Of a stretch of DNA of 64,000 bases, positions 60,281-64,000 are shown piece after piece. Source of the DNA: Macrostomum lignano. Taxonomy: Eukaryota. The number at the start of each line of letters is the position of its first letter. Position 1 is the first letter of the stretch. The notes beneath the pieces are model-generated. The model saw only the letters and a list, made by a program, of their open reading frames with translations. It had not been told where the DNA came from and did no database searches. A program made the translations under genes and the position numbers. The stretch covers positions 1-64,000 of the forward strand of contig NIVC01003382.1 of NCBI GenBank assembly GCA_002269645.1. Direction: 5' to 3'.

Positions 60281-61183
60281 ATGGAAAGACTGAGGCCTCC
60301 AGAGCCGATGGTTTTTGATGCCAATTGCGCAGATAACTGGAGAAAATGGAGCAAAGCGATTGACTTCCACATGAAGGCAACCAAGAAGATGGAGGAGAGC
60401 AAAGAGGTCAAGATTGCAATACTGTTGACTGCGCTCAGATCAGAAGGACAAGACGTGTTCTCCACCTTCCCGACAGCCAAAGTGGCGACATACGCTGGGG
60501 TCCTCAATCAATTCAAGAATTACTGTGAGCCAATGAGCAACGAGACCTTCAACTGCTACCTGTTCAGAACTAGAGTGCAGAAGGAGTTGGAAGACTTCGA
60601 TCAGTTTGTTGCCTCTTTGCGACAGCTCGTGACCAGGTGCAACTACGCGACACCAGCCAATGGCGAGTCAGTCAGCGACAGCGTCATCCGCGACCAGATA
60701 GTGATTGAAGTTGGCGACCCAGTGCTCAAAGAGAGACTACTCCGTGAGTCCAACCTGTTACTCAACCATGCAATTCAGATGGGACGGGCTTCGGAGACGT
60801 CAAAGCGACAGGCTAGCGCTCTGCTGGCAACTCAGAGCAGCCGAGCTCCGCCGTCAATGGTGGATGTTGTCCAAGGTCGACCCCGAGCACCAGCTGGCCC
60901 ACCAAAACTGCCTTCAGGCCGCGGCTATGGCTTCTGCGGACTGCAGCACAAGCGGAGCAAATGCCCAGCCTATGGTAGGAAGTGTAACAGCTGTGGCTGT
61001 CTGAACCATTTCTCGTCAATGTGCCGGTCCTCAAAGAAAGTCAACGAGCTCCAGGAGGACAAGCAGCAGCTGGATGATGCTGACCAAGAGGCAAAACCAG
61101 CGACAGAGCTTCCAGTTGAGAAACTGGAAGCTCAGCGTCTGCACGACTACTCAACAATGATGGTGAATCTCACGGCGAACTAG
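60281..61183 (+). CDS. Ty3/gypsy-type Gag (300 aa) of a truncated LTR retrotransposon
   Basis: Intact ORF with NWRKW, RVQKELEDFDQFVASLRQL, IRDQIV and tandem zinc knuckles CGLQHKRSKCPAYGRKCNSCGCLNHFSSMC; no pol downstream. Confidence 0.85.
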   Translation: MERLRPPEPMVFDANCADNWRKWSKAIDFHMKATKKMEESKEVKIAILLTALRSEGQDVFSTFPTAKVATYAGVLNQFKNYCEPMSNETFNCYLFRTRVQKELEDFDQFVASLRQLVTRCNYATPANGESVSDSVIRDQIVIEVGDPVLKERLLRESNLLLNHAIQMGRASETSKRQASALLATQSSRAPPSMVDVVQGRPRAPAGPPKLPSGRGYGFCGLQHKRSKCPAYGRKCNSCGCLNHFSSMCRSSKKVNELQEDKQQLDDADQEAKPATELPVEKLEAQRLHDYSTMMVNLTAN

Positions 61184-61247
61184 TGGCCAATCTAGGCTAC
61201 TCAGAGTTTGTGTACACAGCAGCACTTGAGTGGAATGCTTTTGACAA

Positions 61248-62327
61248 TCAAAAGGGCAATAGTCAAAAGGGCAATAGGGTTAGGGCCTATTAGACTTGTA
61301 GCGGTATTTATTTATATATTTGTACTTGTATGTGTATTTGTTTAAGATATATTTTTTAAAGAATTAAAAAAGCTACTTTTACTATTTTCCAATATGGAAT
61401 TCTTGCTTGGGGGTAAGAAAATGCGTGCACACATTTTTGGAGCAGCATGTAAGTGCGCACGCTAGCTATAAAAAAGTCATAATGCAAATCATGATGGGCC
61501 CATGCACTAAAAAATGAAATTTTTAGTTTTTCAATTCTTATGCCAACATAAATTAGAAAGTTGTACTTTAAGTGTAAAGTAGCTTGAACACTATAATTTT
61601 TAAAGAAAATATTCTTTAAAAATTATAAGAGTTTTACTAAACTTTAAAGTAACTATTTTTGCTAAAAACTATTATTCTTTGTCTTACTTTTGTTTAAAAT
61701 TTTCTGACATAAAAACAAACTTCCAGACTATGAAAAGTAGAACTTGAGTGCGCATAGGCATACACTATATGGCACATAACCATGTTGAATGCATGTAAAA
61801 GCAAATCCTGTCTGTGATTCTGTGGCAAACAGCTTCTTTGCAAGCGCATATGATGAATTGCACACATACCTTCTTTAAGAGTGCGCCAATAGGCTCCTTT
61901 TCAGCGAACAAGCGCGCACATATGTGTAACAACTTTTGTGCAAGAATTCTATCTTGGACTAGGCCTATCTTAAGTTTAGCTCATTCCTGATTTAGCAGCA
62001 GTCTAAAAGTTCTGGTTCAACTAATATAAAACTATGCAATTCTATTTATTGTTGATTTAGGCCTGACGATATATATTATTTTGATGAATAAGGGGAATAG
62101 GATAAGCATTTTAACAAATATAAGTCTAATAAATTTTGACTAGGCCTAAGCCTAGCTATACTTACTACTTGCAAATTTTAACCAATACAAGATTCTAATA
62201 CATGGAACTTGTGATTTCAATAAATACACTGTAACTGTTGCCCTTTTGACTATTGTCCTTTTGACTGTTGCCTTTTTGATCTGTTGCCCTTTTGACTGTT
62301 GCCTTTTTGATCTGTTGCCCTTTTGAC
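61248..62327. mobile_element. Probable non-autonomous element with inverted arrays of CAAAAGGGCAA(T/C)AGT
   Basis: The motif is tandem at the left end and inverted in tandem at the right end; the same motif occurs at about 58240. Confidence 0.5.
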
Positions 62328-62907
62328 TTATAGACCAATGAACTAGGGTGTCTAGGCCTAGCCTGTAATTTAGAAAAATTGCTAGGCTTTTTTATGAAAA
62401 AAAGAAAACTGCCTACTAACAAAAATATATACAACAACAAAGTGCAGTTATCATTTTTTTCTTTACACAGCATAGCTGATCTATCTTTACATTTGTTTTA
62501 ATATGTGTCAATAGTGGCATAGTGCATAGCCATAGGCTAGGGTCTTTTAAGCTGAATTTTCATTTTGCATGTTAAATTGAAATGTCTGACTAAATTGCGG
62601 CTTTTGCTGTTGGCTATTTGGCTGCTGCAAGCATTTAAAAAAACAGAAACCCAGTTTTTAAAAATTATTTTAAGTAGGGGCCTAAAATTTATATTTAATT
62701 TGACTGACTTGATTTGGGTCATAAAACGCATGTAAGAAAACTTCTTTCAAAATGTTTTAGGCGAATATTAATAGTCTTTTCAAAGCTAGGCCTATTCTTT
62801 TAATGAATGATAGTTTGTTGCAGATAGGCCTTAAGTATTTCGCATTTTTTAACAAGCTTACATGGTCACTTTTTAGTTAGTTTGTCACGAACGAACTAGT
62901 TAAGCAA

Positions 62908-63287
62908 GGGTCTCCCTAAAACACGCCCCGCACCGCCCTGCAGCGCTACACATTAAAACAAATTGGACTGTAACTGAAGACACTTTAAAATGCGTTTTCT
63001 GTTAAGCTTTAAAGTTTTTATTAAATTTAGTTTTTTTACTATGAAATATAAAATTCGGTGAATAATATGTGATATTAATAATAATATTATTAAAATAATA
63101 ATAATATAATTTAATAATGAAAACGAGAATATAAAAAATAATAATAATATTGATGATAATAATTAAAGATATTTATTTCGTTACTCTTACAACAAATAGT
63201 TTTCTTTGCAATCAAATACTGCATTGACAAAAAAAGTTATAATGTGTAGCGGTTCGGGGCGGTGCGGTGCGTGTTTTAGGGAGACCC
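62908..63287. mobile_element. Mutator-like MITE, ~47-bp TIRs, perfect 9-bp TSD
   Basis: GGGTCTCCCTAAAACACGC... at both ends in inverted orientation; GTTAAGCAA at 62899-62907 and 63288-63296; AT-rich interior. Confidence 0.9.
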
Positions 63288-64000
63288 GTTAAGCAAACTT
63301 CTTGTAAAGAATAATTAAAATATTAACAAAAAATCTACAAAAAGTTACTTAATCAGAGTTTAGATCAGGTTTAGATTAGTAGCACTTAAAACTAACTTAT
63401 TTAGAAAATTTACACTTTTTGTCATTTTTTCATCTAAATGCTTTTAGTCGATCTTGACCGAGTAAACGTACCTAAGTTTTATCCACAGCCTGCTGTTCAT
63501 TAAACTGTCTAGATTACAATATAGTATTAACACTTAAGTAGTCTACTTATGTTTATGTCGCCCTTGACTGAAAGTTCATATGTTTCCTGCGACTGTTTCC
63601 TGCGACTGTTGCGGAGCTGCGTCATGCTCTTTGAAAACACTTGGCAGCATGCAGCTTCCCATGCAGGACTTTCTACGCGCCGCCTCATCCTGGGGGATGC
63701 GGGATGCCCCGCACAGTCGCGTGCGAGGGGATCCCGCACGCGTTATTAGGCATCGATTATTCGATCAACTTTCCCTTCCTCTCGCGGGCGGCTTAGTTGC
63801 GTAACTTGTGGGTTGAAATTGTGAGTGAGAAGTTGTCGCAATGAGAAAATTTTCATCTCGCTTGGAGGGTGGAACTTTTGACTGTTGCTGAGTATAGTAA
63901 AGACGTAGCGTTATCACTACGAGGCACAACATAAATAAATATGCGTATATTGTATAATACTGATAAAATATACTCAGCAGCAGTCAACTTGTATATGTTT

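Noticed and set aside
63527-63804. Short overlapping ORFs near the window end
   Set aside because: Under 80 aa with no motif; may belong to a feature extending beyond the window.

Overview
Eukaryotic (metazoan) genomic DNA, probably a flatworm such as Macrostomum. This is an inference from GC-rich exons inside AT-rich DNA, minisatellite-filled introns and a two-domain p40-type small HSP. Genes reconstructed by hand from GT-AG junctions: (1) an ankyrin-repeat gene running off the 5' end; (2) an NR5A/FTZ-F1-type nuclear receptor hinge plus ligand-binding domain, with a ~9 kb intron made almost entirely of a 28-bp satellite, two 1-bp frameshifts, and no DNA-binding-domain exon found in the window; (3) an intact heat-shock-element-driven small HSP and an inverted, promoter-deleted copy; (4) a 280-aa orphan ORF between the inverted arms; (5) a 7-exon FLVCR-like MFS transporter; (6) a 5-exon, 404-aa RIPK-like pseudokinase with a probable C-terminal death domain, invisible as a whole in the ORF track. 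The remainder is tandem repeats and mobile elements: a near-intact LOA/I-group LINE with a TSD and a matching empty site in the duplicate arm, a decayed RTE LINE, gag-only LTR remnants, SINEs, and Tc1, hAT, MULE and other DNA-transposon derivatives. All homology calls come from motif recognition by eye; no database search was run.
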